A DNA stretch of 64,000 nt from Candidatus Humimonas hydrogenitrophica (GTDB taxonomy: Bacteria > Gemmatimonadota > Gemmatimonadetes > Palauibacterales > Palauibacteraceae), in contig CANPVD010000064.1 of the NCBI GenBank assembly GCA_947581615.1, forward strand, positions 53,071-117,070, in the 5' to 3' direction. This document shows, in pieces, positions 1-10,050 of this stretch. The notes beneath the pieces are model-generated. The model was not told the DNA's origin and did not search any database. It worked only from the letters and a program-made list of their open reading frames with translations. Made by a program: the position numbers and the translations under genes. How positions within the stretch are numbered: the stretch's first letter is position 1; every line of letters starts with the position of its first letter.

Positions 1-967
<967 letters not shown>

Positions 968-971
<4 letters not shown>

Positions 972-2161
972 AGCGCACGCTCCGCCGTTTGGGACCCACC
1001 GACCTGGGCGGCCGGCGGGTCCTGGTCCGGGTCGACTACAACGTGCCCCTCGAGTCCGGAGAGGTCCGGGACGACGCGCGGATCGGCGCGACCCTTCCCA
1101 CGCTCCGTCACCTCCTGGATGCCGGGGGCCGGCCCGTCCTCATGTCCCACCTGGGGCGGCCGGGTGGGAGTCCCGATCCCGAGCTGTCCCTCGCGCCCGT
1201 GGCGGTGCGCCTCGAAGCCCTGCTCGAGCGTCCCGTCCGCTTCGCGGGTCCGGCCGACTCGGAGGAGGCCCTGCGGGAGAGCCGCGGCCTCGAGACGGGC
1301 TCGCTCCTCCTCCTCGAGAACCTGCGATTCCTCCCGGGGGAGAAGAAGAACGACCCGGAGCTGGCGAGGCGGCTGGCCCGCCTGGGCGACCTGTACGTGA
1401 ACGACGCGTTCGGCGCCTGCCACAGGAAGCACTGCTCGGTGGTGGGCGTGCCGGCGGTCCTGCACCCCGCGGTGGCGGGCTTGCTGGTCGAGGCGGAGCT
1501 CGGAGCGCTCGACCGGTTGCGCTCGGAGCCCGATCGGCCGTTCATCGTGATCATGGGTGGGGCCAAGATCGGCGACAAGATCGAGCTGATGGAGGCGTTC
1601 CTGGGACGCGCGGACCGTATCCTCGTCGGTGGCGCCATGGCCAACACGTTCCTGAAGGCCTCGGGCCGTGAGATCGGCTTCTCCCTCGTCGAGGACGAGG
1701 CGCTGGTCGAGGCGAGACGCCTGGCGACGAAGGGCGGGGATCGGGTCGAGCTGCCGATCGACCTCGTGGTGGCAGCCTCGCCGGACGACGGGGACCGTGC
1801 CCACGTGGTGGACCCGGACTCGATCCCCTCGGATGCCATGGCCCTGGACATCGGACCCGACACTCGAGACGCGTACGCCATGGCCCTGGCCGGCGCCGCC
1901 ACCGTGTTCTGGAACGGCCCCATGGGTCTGTTCGAGAACAGCGCCTTCGCCGCCGGGACCCGCGCGGTGGCCCGCGCCGTGGCGGAGGCCTGCGACGCCG
2001 GCGCGTTCGCGGTGGTCGGAGGTGGAGATTCGGCCCGGGCCGTGCGGGAGGCCGGGCTGGCCGACCGGCTGTCGCACGTGTCGACGGGTGGCGGAGCGGC
2101 GCTCGAATACCTGGCGACCGGCAGCCTGCCCGGCGTCGAGGCCCTGGACGACGCGCCGTGA
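968..2161 (+). CDS. pgk: Phosphoglycerate kinase
   Basis: GTG at 968 overlaps the gap stop (GTGA). Protein MKRTLRRLGPTDLGGRRVLVRVDYNVPLE...; 397 aa. Confidence 0.9.
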
Positions 2162-2922
2162 GCGCCGCGCGCCCGTTCTTCGGTGGCAACTGGAAGATGC
2201 ACAAGGGTCCGGACGAGGCCCGGGCGTTCCTGCACGCCTTCGCGGAGCGGCACCCGCCCCGCGAGGACCGGACGGTGGTCCTGTTTCCGCCCGCCATCGC
2301 ACTCCCCGCGCTCGTGGGCGCGGCGGCCGACCGACCCGACGTGGAGGTCGGGGTGCAGGACGTCCACCAGGAGCGTGAGGGAGCCCATACCGGGGCCATC
2401 TCCGCCTCGATGGCCGCCGAGGCGGGGGCCCGCTGGGGACTGGCGGGCCACTCGGAGCGGCGCCGGGAGTTCGGGGACGATGACGAACGGGTGGCCCGAA
2501 AGGTGGATCGCCTCCTCGAAGCCGGCGTCGCACCCGTCCTGTGCGTGGGCGAGACCCTCGAGCAGCGCGATGCGGGGCGACTGCAGGAGGTCCTCCACCG
2601 ACAGGTGTCGGCCGTGGTCGAACGTCTGTCGGATCGGGACCGGCGCGAGCTCGTGATCGCCTACGAGCCGGTGTGGGCCATCGGGACGGGTCGGACGGCC
2701 AGCCCCGAGGACGCGGCCGCGGCCCACGAGCTCGTGCGAAAGGATCTGGCCGCCTGGATCGGAGACGCCGCCGAGGCGGTGCCGATCATCTACGGGGGGA
2801 GCGTCAAGCCCGCCAACGCCGGGGAGCTGCTCACGATGCCCGGCGTGGACGGGGCCCTGGTGGGCGGGGCGAGCCTGGACCCGGAGGCGTTCGCGAGCAT
2901 CTGTGCCGTGGTCACGGCGTGA
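2158..2922 (+). CDS. tpiA: Triosephosphate isomerase
   Basis: GTG overlaps the pgk stop. Motifs FFGGNWKMHKG and AYEPVWAIGTGRTA; 254 aa. Confidence 0.93.
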   Translation: MSAARPFFGGNWKMHKGPDEARAFLHAFAERHPPREDRTVVLFPPAIALPALVGAAADRPDVEVGVQDVHQEREGAHTGAISASMAAEAGARWGLAGHSERRREFGDDDERVARKVDRLLEAGVAPVLCVGETLEQRDAGRLQEVLHRQVSAVVERLSDRDRRELVIAYEPVWAIGTGRTASPEDAAAAHELVRKDLAAWIGDAAEAVPIIYGGSVKPANAGELLTMPGVDGALVGGASLDPEAFASICAVVTA

Positions 2923-2971
2923 GCGCGTTGACGCCGGACGGGCTGGAGCGCTAGGTTTCCAGTCGGGAAAG

Positions 2972-3000
2972 GAAGGCGCGGGCGCGGCGTGCCCGCGCCT
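2972..3000 (+). terminator. GC-rich hairpin between tpiA and secG; possible intrinsic terminator or attenuator
   Basis: Perfect 11-bp inverted repeat aaggcgcgggc/gcccgcgcctt with 7-nt loop, followed by a weak T-containing tract (cgcacgtttcgcc). Confidence 0.35.
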
Positions 3001-3038
3001 TCGCACGTTTCGCCGCTGTCACGGAAGCACACGATTCG

Positions 3039-3515
3039 ATGCTATACACGTTTCTGCTCATCGTCCTCATCCTGCTGGCCGTCCTCCTGTGCGTCATCAT
3101 CTTGCTCCAGTCGGGCAAGGGGGGCGGGCTGGCCGCGACCTTCGGGGGCGCCTCTTCCTCCACGGACTCCTTCATGGGGGGGCGGCAGGCGGCCACCCTG
3201 CTCACGAAGCTGAGCTGGATCGGTGGCGGCGTGTTCCTGTTCCTCGCGTTCATACTGGCCGTAATCTCCTCGGGCTCGCGCCAGAGCGCGCCCAGCTCGA
3301 TCCTCCAGGGCGAGTTCAGCGGGGGCGCACAGCAGCAGGTTCCGAGAACGCCGACATCGGTCCTGCAAGCGGAGAGCGCCGGGGCGCGGATTCCGGACAC
3401 GGCGAGCGCGGGTCGAAAGGGCCTGCCTTTGCCCGGCAGCCGCCCCGACACGGGTCAGGGGGCCGGCGCCGCCGGGTCGGGCTCGAAGGGCTCGTCGGGC
3501 GGAACGTCCAGGTAG
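3039..3515 (+). CDS. secG: Preprotein translocase subunit SecG (with long Gly/Ala/Ser-rich C-terminal tail)
   Basis: Two TM segments; motif LLQSGKGGGLAATFGG. 158 aa versus about 110 typical; the extra C-terminus is low-complexity. Confidence 0.85.
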   Translation: MLYTFLLIVLILLAVLLCVIILLQSGKGGGLAATFGGASSSTDSFMGGRQAATLLTKLSWIGGGVFLFLAFILAVISSGSRQSAPSSILQGEFSGGAQQQVPRTPTSVLQAESAGARIPDTASAGRKGLPLPGSRPDTGQGAGAAGSGSKGSSGGTSR

Positions 3516-4090
3516 TCCACGAACTGCCCGGCGTCGATCCGGGCCCGGATCCAGTCGTCGAACCCCGATGGGACGAGCCCGTCGTGCCCTTCGCCCGTCC
3601 GGGCGGTCCGGATCGCGAGCATGTTGGCATACTCGTTCTTGGGATGTCCCGCGTGTCCCCGGATCCAGCGCCACTGCACGCGATGGCGCCGGGCGACGCC
3701 AGCCAGCTCCTGCCAGAGCTCCAGGTTCTCGATCTCGCCGCCCTTCCGCTTCCAGCCGCGGCGGGCCCAGCCGTGGATCCACTCCTTCATGCCCCGCACG
3801 AGGTACTGGCTGTCGCTCGTGAACACGACCTCGGACGGCCGGCGGAGGGCGCCGAGACCGAGGATGCCCGACCACAACGCCATGCGGTTGTTGGTCGTGT
3901 CGGGCTCGAAGCGCGCGAAGTCCTTGCGCGCCCATCCTCGGCGGGGGCGGAACTGTTCGACCAGTCCGGCGGCGCCGCCGGGATTGGAGCGGGCCCGGAA
4001 CTGGTTGCCCAGGCAGGACTCGTCCGCGTAGATGTAGATGCGCGACCGACCGTCGGTTCGCCCGCCACCGGAGTGTTCGCTGGAATTCAT
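3455..4090 (-). CDS. rnhA: Ribonuclease HI (with about 55-aa low-complexity C-terminal tail)
   Basis: Internal Met MNSSEH... chosen as start (ORF extends to 4228). Motifs IYIYADESCLGNQ and TSDSQYLVRGMKEWIHGWARRGWK. The 3' end overlaps the secG 3' end convergently. Confidence 0.8.
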   Translation of the reverse strand: MNSSEHSGGGRTDGRSRIYIYADESCLGNQFRARSNPGGAAGLVEQFRPRRGWARKDFARFEPDTTNNRMALWSGILGLGALRRPSEVVFTSDSQYLVRGMKEWIHGWARRGWKRKGGEIENLELWQELAGVARRHRVQWRWIRGHAGHPKNEYANMLAIRTARTGEGHDGLVPSGFDDWIRARIDAGQFVDYLDVPPDEPFEPDPAAPAP

Positions 4091-5231
4091 GGCCCTGTAT
4101 GGGAGTCGTTCGTTGCCCGACACGCAAGCTGCTGACGGATATCTCCTCCTCGAGGACGGGACGCGCTTCGAGGGGCGCCTGGCAGGCGCCGGTACGGGAG
4201 GAGCCGGGGAGATCGTATTCACGACCAACCTGACCGGCTACCAGGAGGTCCTCACCGACCCGTCCTACGCCGGTCAGATCGTGGTCATGACCGCGCCCAT
4301 GATCGGCGTCTATGGGACCCGGGACGAGGACGACCAGTCGCGTCGGCCGTGGGTGACGGGCTTCGTCGTCCGGGATCTGACGGCGGATCCGGGACGTGAC
4401 GGTCCGGGCCGCCTGACCGACTACCTCGAGCGCCACGGCATCCCCGTCCTCACCGACGTGGACACGCGAGCGGTGACGCGGCGCATCCGGGAGTCGGGGG
4501 CCATGCGGGCGGTGATCGCCGGGGCCTCCGAGGCCGTCGAGGCGGCGCGTGCCCGGCTCCAGTCCGAGCCGTCGATGGAGGGACGCGACCTTGGCTCGGA
4601 GGTGTCCACCCCGGAGCCCTACGAGCTGGCCGCGGAGGGACCGGAGCGCGGCCTCGTCCTCTGCCTGGACTACGGCGTCAAGCAGCGCAGCCTGGACCTC
4701 ATTCGCGCGGAGGGCTACCGCCTCCGCGTGGTGCCGTGGAGCACGCCGGCTTCGGAGATCGTCGAGTCCGGGGCCTCCGGGTTGTTCGTGTCCAACGGCC
4801 CGGGAGATCCCGCGGCCGTGCCCGGCTCGGCGGAGAGGATCCGGGCGGCGGCCGGGGCCGGCCTGCCGGTGTTCGGGATCTGCCTGGGTATGCAGCTCAT
4901 CGCCCTGGCCTTCGGCGGCCGGACGTTCAAGCTCGCGTACGGACACCGCGGCGGGAACCACCCGGTGCGCAACCTGGCCACGGGGCACGTGGAGATCACC
5001 TCCCAGAACCACGGCTTCGCCGTGCGCGAAGAGGAGGGGAGGGTGCCGGGTGCACCGGATCTCGAGATCACGCACCGGAACCTCAACGACGGGACGGTGG
5101 AAGGCCTGGCGCACCGCTCGCTGCCGGTGTTCGCGGTCCAGTACCATCCCGAGTCCGCGCCGGGGCCGCACGACAGCCGCTACCTGTTCGACCGCTTCGT
5201 GGACGCAATGCGGGCGCCTGTCACGCGTTGA
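4089..5231 (+). CDS. carA: Carbamoyl-phosphate synthase small (glutaminase) subunit
   Basis: LLLEDGTRFEG N-terminus; GATase catalytic motif GICLGMQLIA, QYHPES; 380 aa. The ATG shares the CATG palindrome with the divergent rnhA start; an alternative ATG lies at 4038. Confidence 0.88.
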   Translation: MALYGSRSLPDTQAADGYLLLEDGTRFEGRLAGAGTGGAGEIVFTTNLTGYQEVLTDPSYAGQIVVMTAPMIGVYGTRDEDDQSRRPWVTGFVVRDLTADPGRDGPGRLTDYLERHGIPVLTDVDTRAVTRRIRESGAMRAVIAGASEAVEAARARLQSEPSMEGRDLGSEVSTPEPYELAAEGPERGLVLCLDYGVKQRSLDLIRAEGYRLRVVPWSTPASEIVESGASGLFVSNGPGDPAAVPGSAERIRAAAGAGLPVFGICLGMQLIALAFGGRTFKLAYGHRGGNHPVRNLATGHVEITSQNHGFAVREEEGRVPGAPDLEITHRNLNDGTVEGLAHRSLPVFAVQYHPESAPGPHDSRYLFDRFVDAMRAPVTR

Positions 5232-5297
5232 CACTTCACGGGCCGGCGGAATAGCTTCTGATCAGGTGAAGCGGTCTCGCCTCCCCGGAAGGACGCC

Positions 5298-6215
5298 ATG
5301 CCGGCACGCAGTCGATCCTCGTTCCTCGCCGTAGGACTTCTCCTCGTCGTCTTCGCCGTCGGCGCCGTGGTGGCCGCCGCCTTGCTCCTCGGACGCTCGG
5401 TGCCGGTCGTCGGTGGGGGTGGGCGGATCGCGGTGGTGCCTCTGAACGGCGTGATCGGCACGGGCCAGGGCGCGGTTCGCGCGCTCGAGAGGTTCCGCGA
5501 AGACGGCTCGGTGCGAGCGTTCGTGCTCGAGATCCGCTCGCCGGGTGGCAGTGTGGGCGGGTCGCAGAGCCTGTATCGTGAGCTCGACAGCCTGCGGCAC
5601 GAGGACGACCGACCCATCTACGCGTGGATCGGGGACGTGGGCGCCTCGGGCGCGTACTACGCCGCCCTCGGAGCCGACAGCATCTTCGCCCTGCCGGGCT
5701 CCATCACCGGGTCCATCGGCGTCATCATGGAGTTCCCGGAGTTCGACCGACTCATGGACAAGGCGGGCGTCCGGCTGGAGGTGATCAAGAGCGGCGAGCA
5801 CAAGGACATGGGAAGCCCGGCACGCAAGCTCACCGACTCCGACCGGGCCATCCTCCAGCAGGTGGTGGACGACACGTACGCCCAGTTCGTGGACGCGGTC
5901 GCGAGCAACCGGCACCTGCCGCGGGACACCGTGAAGGCGCTGGCCGACGGCCGCATATTTTCGGGAGTGCGGGCCCGCGACCTCGGACTGGTCGACGGCC
6001 TCGCCACCTTCTCCGAGGTCCTGGCGCGCGCCGGGCGCGCCACGGGACTGGGCGACCATCCCCAGACGGTCCGTCCGACGGAGCGGCGGGTCGGGATCCT
6101 CGATCTCCTGAGGGGCGTTAGTCAGACGCGGCTCGAAGGATGGCTGGCATCCTGGACCGGTTGGGCCGGCTTCGGCGGCGGAGGGGCCCCGCGGCTCCTC
6201 TACCAGTGGCGCTGA
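5298..6215 (+). CDS. sppA: Signal peptide peptidase SppA (S49, 36K type)
   Basis: N-terminal TM anchor; motifs GSVGGSQSLYREL and GDVGASGAYYAA; 305 aa. Confidence 0.85.
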   Translation: MPARSRSSFLAVGLLLVVFAVGAVVAAALLLGRSVPVVGGGGRIAVVPLNGVIGTGQGAVRALERFREDGSVRAFVLEIRSPGGSVGGSQSLYRELDSLRHEDDRPIYAWIGDVGASGAYYAALGADSIFALPGSITGSIGVIMEFPEFDRLMDKAGVRLEVIKSGEHKDMGSPARKLTDSDRAILQQVVDDTYAQFVDAVASNRHLPRDTVKALADGRIFSGVRARDLGLVDGLATFSEVLARAGRATGLGDHPQTVRPTERRVGILDLLRGVSQTRLEGWLASWTGWAGFGGGGAPRLLYQWR

Positions 6216-6336
6216 CGACCTTCCGGTCGTCGTGGGGCCGGAGGGATCCAGGCTCTACCCTCCGGGTATCTCTCGTCGGGACAGGGCGCTCGCAATCGCG
6301 CGGGCGGCCGGGCTCGCATTGCACGGGAAGGGTCAC

Positions 6337-6642
6337 ATGACGAAAGCGGATCTGGTCGACCAGGTGTACGAAGCCATCGGGCCGGGCATCACCAAGAAGG
6401 ACTGTGCGGCCGTGGTGGACGGTTTCCTCAACGCGGTGCGGAATGCGCTGGCCAACGAGGAGCGGATCGAGTTACGCGGATTCGGCACCTTCGAGGTCCG
6501 GCACCGAAAGGCCCGCATGGCGCGCAACCCGCGCACCGGCGATCCGGTGCGGGTCCCGCCGCGTGCGGTGCCGGTGTTCCGGCCTTCCAAGCTGTGGAAG
6601 GAGTTCGTGGCCGAAGAGGCCGACTACCCGCCCGGTAGCTGA
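6337..6642 (+). CDS. hup: HU/IHF-family nucleoid-associated DNA-binding protein
   Basis: MTKADLVDQVYEA...GFGTFEVRHRKARMARNPRTGDPVRVPPRAVPVFRPSK (DNA-binding beta-arm). The ORF is open from 6232, but the conserved start is the ATG at 6337, which has a purine-rich RBS. Confidence 0.85.
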   Translation: MTKADLVDQVYEAIGPGITKKDCAAVVDGFLNAVRNALANEERIELRGFGTFEVRHRKARMARNPRTGDPVRVPPRAVPVFRPSKLWKEFVAEEADYPPGS

Positions 6643-6665
6643 GGCCGGCGGTCCCTCCTTCCCGT

Positions 6666-6712
6666 GCGGCGCGCCCCGCCGCGATCCTTAGGGTACGCGG
6701 CGGGGCGCGCCG
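6666..6712. terminator. Bidirectional GC-rich hairpin terminator between convergent hup and aminotransferase
   Basis: Inverted repeat gcggcgcgccccgccgc ... gcggcggggcgcgccg (16-17 bp stem, 14-nt loop) sits exactly between the two stop codons. Confidence 0.55.
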
Positions 6713-7888
6713 TCATGCCCTCTCTAGCGACTCGAAGTAACTCCGCACGCGCCGCATCCCTTGCTCAAGGTCGGACGGCTCGACCGCCAGGTTGAAGCGC
6801 AGGTGGCCGGGGCTTTCAAACGCCTCGCCCGGGATGCAGGCCACGCCGGCCTCGAGCAGGCCCTCCGCTACTTCCGCGGAGCTGGCATCGCCGCCTATGC
6901 GGGCCCACAGGAATATGCCACCCTCCGGGGGCCGGACCTCCAGACCGGGCATTCCCGCGAGCCCTTCGATCGCCAGCCTGCGGGTCTCGCCGAGCCGATC
7001 GAGGAAGTCCGCGACCACGGCTTCACGCTCCTCGATCCGTCCGAAGGCCGCGGCGGCCGCGTATTGAGAGGGGGCGGCCGCGCCCGAGGTCGTCTGGCTC
7101 TGGAGGTCGGAGGCCTTCCGGATGAGCTCGCGAGGGCCGAGGGCGAAGCCGATCCGCCAGCCCGTCATGGCAAAGGCCTTGGAGACGCCGTCGAGAACGA
7201 CCGCGCGGTCGGGCAGCTCTCCGAGGTCGAGCAGGGACGGGGCGGGCCCGTCGCCGAAGCGGAGTCTCCGGTAGATCTCGTCGGAGAGGATCCACACGCC
7301 GTGACCGCTGGCCCAGTCTGCGATCTCTCTCAGCGAGTCCAGGTCGTAGACGGCGCCGGATGGATTGTTGGGACTGTTGAGGAGAAGGACGCGCGTGGCG
7401 TCGGTCCTGGCCGCCTCGAGCCGATCGACGTCCACGTGGAATCCGTCCTCCCACGTGGACTCCACCAGGACCGGCTCGGCTCCGCCCAGCCGGACCTGCG
7501 GACGGTAGCTGGTCCAGCACGGCGTCGGAACCAGGACCTCGTCCCCGGGGCCGGCCAGGCAGAACAGGCAGTTGAACAGGGCCTGCTTCACACCCGCGCT
7601 CACCAGGACGCCCTCGGGATCCAGCCCGGCCGAGCCGGTCGTGTCCTCCAGGTAGTCGACGATCGCCCGGCGCAGCTCCGGGATCCCCTGGTTCGGAGGG
7701 TAGCCCATCTTGCCGGCCCGGATCGCCTCGATGCCGGCGTGGGCGGCGAAGTCGGGCGTCCCGTAGACGGGCTCGCCGGCGGACAGGTTGACGATCGAGC
7801 GCCCCTCCTCGCGCAGACGCCGGGCTCGGGCGGCCAGGGCCAGGGTCGCGGAGGGCTCCAGCGTGTCGACGTTTCGCGAGAATCTCAC
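6713..7888 (-). CDS. Class I/II pyridoxal-phosphate aminotransferase (aspartate aminotransferase-like)
   Basis: PLP-lysine motif SKAFAMTGWRIGF, NSPNNPSG; 391 aa. Confidence 0.88.
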   Translation of the reverse strand: MRFSRNVDTLEPSATLALAARARRLREEGRSIVNLSAGEPVYGTPDFAAHAGIEAIRAGKMGYPPNQGIPELRRAIVDYLEDTTGSAGLDPEGVLVSAGVKQALFNCLFCLAGPGDEVLVPTPCWTSYRPQVRLGGAEPVLVESTWEDGFHVDVDRLEAARTDATRVLLLNSPNNPSGAVYDLDSLREIADWASGHGVWILSDEIYRRLRFGDGPAPSLLDLGELPDRAVVLDGVSKAFAMTGWRIGFALGPRELIRKASDLQSQTTSGAAAPSQYAAAAAFGRIEEREAVVADFLDRLGETRRLAIEGLAGMPGLEVRPPEGGIFLWARIGGDASSAEVAEGLLEAGVACIPGEAFESPGHLRFNLAVEPSDLEQGMRRVRSYFESLERA

Positions 7889-8041
7889 CGTGGCTCCACA
7901 GGTCTGGTCGGATTGAAGGCCGGCGGACGGCGCGCTACCTTGATCGAAGACTGGGCCCCGCCGGGAGGACGCCCGGGTACCGTCCTCGCCGGCCCGATCC
8001 TACGGACGGCGCGCGCGGGGCGTCAAGCAGGGTGGAGGAGG

Positions 8042-8344
8042 ATGACGCACGAGACGATCACTACGCTCTCTCCGGCCGAGGTTCTGACCGAGGCACGTGA
8101 GTTCTTCACCGGTCGGCATCCGATCTGTCCGGCCTCCATCGAGAGCGAGAGCGACAGCCACATCACCTTCAACACCTTCCGGAGTCGGATCACGGTGGCG
8201 GCTTTCCCCGATCCACGGGGTGAGGCCCCCACCCGCGTGCGGGCCTCGACGCTGCGCGAGGACGCGGTGGCCGCCCGGTTCGTGAGCGCGATCGGCTCCG
8301 TGGGTCGGGCGCGGGCGGCAGCCGGGAGCGGAGCCGGGGAGTGA
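8042..8344 (+). CDS. Hypothetical protein (100 aa), translationally coupled to moaD
   Basis: ATG preceded by ggaggagg. High GC3 and ordinary amino-acid complexity (MTHETITTLSPAEVLTEAREFFTGRHPICPASIESESDSH...). The stop overlaps the moaD GTG (GTGA). No recognisable motif. Confidence 0.5.
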   Translation: MTHETITTLSPAEVLTEAREFFTGRHPICPASIESESDSHITFNTFRSRITVAAFPDPRGEAPTRVRASTLREDAVAARFVSAIGSVGRARAAAGSGAGE

Positions 8345-8604
8345 GTCGTATCGCGGCCCGTGGCATGATCACCGTCGACGTCCGTTTCTTCGCGGTGCTC
8401 CGCGAGCGGGCCGGGGGCGAGCGGCGCCGGGTCGAGCTCCCCGGGGGAAGCACGGTGGCCGCGCTCCGCGCGCACTTGCGGGAGCGGCTCCCGGAGCTCC
8501 CGGAGGGGTACGCCGTAGCGGTGGGCCGCGCCTACGCAGCCTCCGAGCACGTCCTCGAGGACGGGGACGAGGTCGCCCTCATTCCACCGGTCTCCGGAGG
8601 CTGA
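8341..8604 (+). CDS. moaD: Molybdopterin synthase sulfur-carrier subunit MoaD
   Basis: Ubiquitin-like small protein ending ...VALIPPVSGG (C-terminal Gly-Gly). An alternative ATG lies at 8365. Confidence 0.85.
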   Translation: MSRIAARGMITVDVRFFAVLRERAGGERRRVELPGGSTVAALRAHLRERLPELPEGYAVAVGRAYAASEHVLEDGDEVALIPPVSGG

Positions 8605-8608
8605 TGCC

Positions 8609-9073
8609 ATGACGGTTCGGGCGGGAGGATCGAGTCCCCGGGTGGAGGCGGTGATCAGCGCCGCACCCATCGACGCCGCGGCTCTGGTCCGGAACGTGTC
8701 CGGTCCCGGCGAGGGTGCCGTCCTCCTCTTCCTGGGAACCGTGCGCGACCACAACCGGGATCGCCGGGTGGAGCGGCTCGACTACGAGGCGTTCGCTCCG
8801 ATGGCCCGAAAGGAGCTCGTCGCGATCTGCCAGGAAGCCGCCGGCTCGTTTGACCTGGCCGGCGTGTCGGCGGTCCACCGCACCGGCCGCCTGGTTCCCG
8901 GCGAGGCCAGCCTGGGGGTGGCGGTGGCCGCGGCGCATCGCGACGCCGCCTACCGGGGCAGCCGCTGGATCGTCGAGGAGATCAAGCGTCGGCTGCCGGT
9001 GTGGAAGCGCGAGGCCTACGCGGACGGCACCGAAGCGTGGCTGGACGGTCACCCGGCCGGGAGCGCGCCATGA
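8609..9073 (+). CDS. moaE: Molybdopterin synthase catalytic subunit MoaE
   Basis: 154 aa; LLFLGTVRDHNRDRRVERLDYEAFAPMA, typical of MoaE. Immediately 3' of moaD. Confidence 0.85.
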   Translation: MTVRAGGSSPRVEAVISAAPIDAAALVRNVSGPGEGAVLLFLGTVRDHNRDRRVERLDYEAFAPMARKELVAICQEAAGSFDLAGVSAVHRTGRLVPGEASLGVAVAAAHRDAAYRGSRWIVEEIKRRLPVWKREAYADGTEAWLDGHPAGSAP

Positions 9074-10050
9074 AGGACCAGTTCGGCCGCCGCATCGACT
9101 ACCTCCGCATCTCGGTCACCGACAAGTGCAACCTGCGCTGCACCTACTGCATGCCCGTGGAGGGCCTAGAGTGGGTTCCCCGGGCCGAGCTCCTCACGTA
9201 CGAGGAGATCACCGAGATCGTCCGTCAGATGGCCGCGATGGGACTCTCCCGGATCAGGCTCACCGGGGGTGAGCCCCTGATCCGGACCGACCTGCCTCGC
9301 CTGGCACGCATGCTCTCGGACGTGCCGGGGATCGAGGACCTGGCGCTGTCCACCAACGCCGTCCTCCTGCCCCGGTTCGCCGAGGAGCTCCGCGGGGCGG
9401 GGGTCCGCCGGGTGAACATCAGCCTGGACACCCTTCGCCGTGACCGCTTCGAGGCGATCGCGCGCCGACCGCCGCGGTTCTTCGATGCCACCCTCGAGGG
9501 GATCGAGGCCGCCGAAGCGGCGGGGTTCGATCCGATCAAGATCAACACGGTCATGATGCGGGGCCTCAACGATGATGAGTTCGCGAGCTTCGCGGCGGCC
9601 ACGCGCCAGCGCCCGTGGCACGTGCGGTTCATCGAGCTCATGCCCGTAGGGGCCAACCTGCACCTCACGGATCGGTTCATCCCGGCCTCGGAGATGCTGG
9701 AGCGCGTGGGCGCCGTCGGACAGCTCGAGCCGGTCGAAGGCCCCCCGGGGAACGGTCCGGCCCGCTACTTCCGCTTCCCGGGCGCCCCGGGAACGGTCGG
9801 GGTGATCACGCCGCTCTCGCACAATTACTGCGACGGCTGCAACCGCATGCGGCTTACGGCCGAGGGTCGGCTGCGGACATGCCTGTTCGGCGACCACGAG
9901 GTCGACCTGAAGACGCCGCTTCGGGCGTCCGGGCGGGTCACCGATGCGGTCCGGACGGCCCTGGCCGGCAAGCCGGAACGCCACTACCTGCAGCTCGGAA
10001 CGAGCCGTGGTAGCGGGGGGCTGGCGGCCCTCAGCGAAGTGGGCGGGTGA
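9070..10050 (+). CDS. moaA: GTP 3',8-cyclase MoaA (radical SAM)
   Basis: ATG overlaps the moaE stop (ATGA). Radical-SAM cluster motif CNLRCTYCMP plus C-terminal CDGCNRMRLTAEG. Confidence 0.9.
   Translation: MKDQFGRRIDYLRISVTDKCNLRCTYCMPVEGLEWVPRAELLTYEEITEIVRQMAAMGLSRIRLTGGEPLIRTDLPRLARMLSDVPGIEDLALSTNAVLLPRFAEELRGAGVRRVNISLDTLRRDRFEAIARRPPRFFDATLEGIEAAEAAGFDPIKINTVMMRGLNDDEFASFAAATRQRPWHVRFIELMPVGANLHLTDRFIPASEMLERVGAVGQLEPVEGPPGNGPARYFRFPGAPGTVGVITPLSHNYCDGCNRMRLTAEGRLRTCLFGDHEVDLKTPLRASGRVTDAVRTALAGKPERHYLQLGTSRGSGGLAALSEVGG

Noticed and set aside
3042-5234. 730-aa minus-strand ORF antisense to carA and rnhA
   Set aside because: Low-complexity translation with no motifs, fully covered by two conserved genes on the real frames.
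5228-5257. Possible sppA promoter TTGACA-N17/18-TAGCTT overlapping the carA stop
   Set aside because: The -35 is perfect but the -10 is weak and the spacer count is ambiguous. Not strong enough to list as a feature without TSS data.
6232-6336. 35-codon N-terminal extension of the HU ORF (start at 6232)
   Set aside because: HU/IHF proteins are about 90-100 aa and begin at the conserved MTKADL-type N-terminus. The ATG at 6337 has a purine-rich RBS, and the extension is low-complexity.
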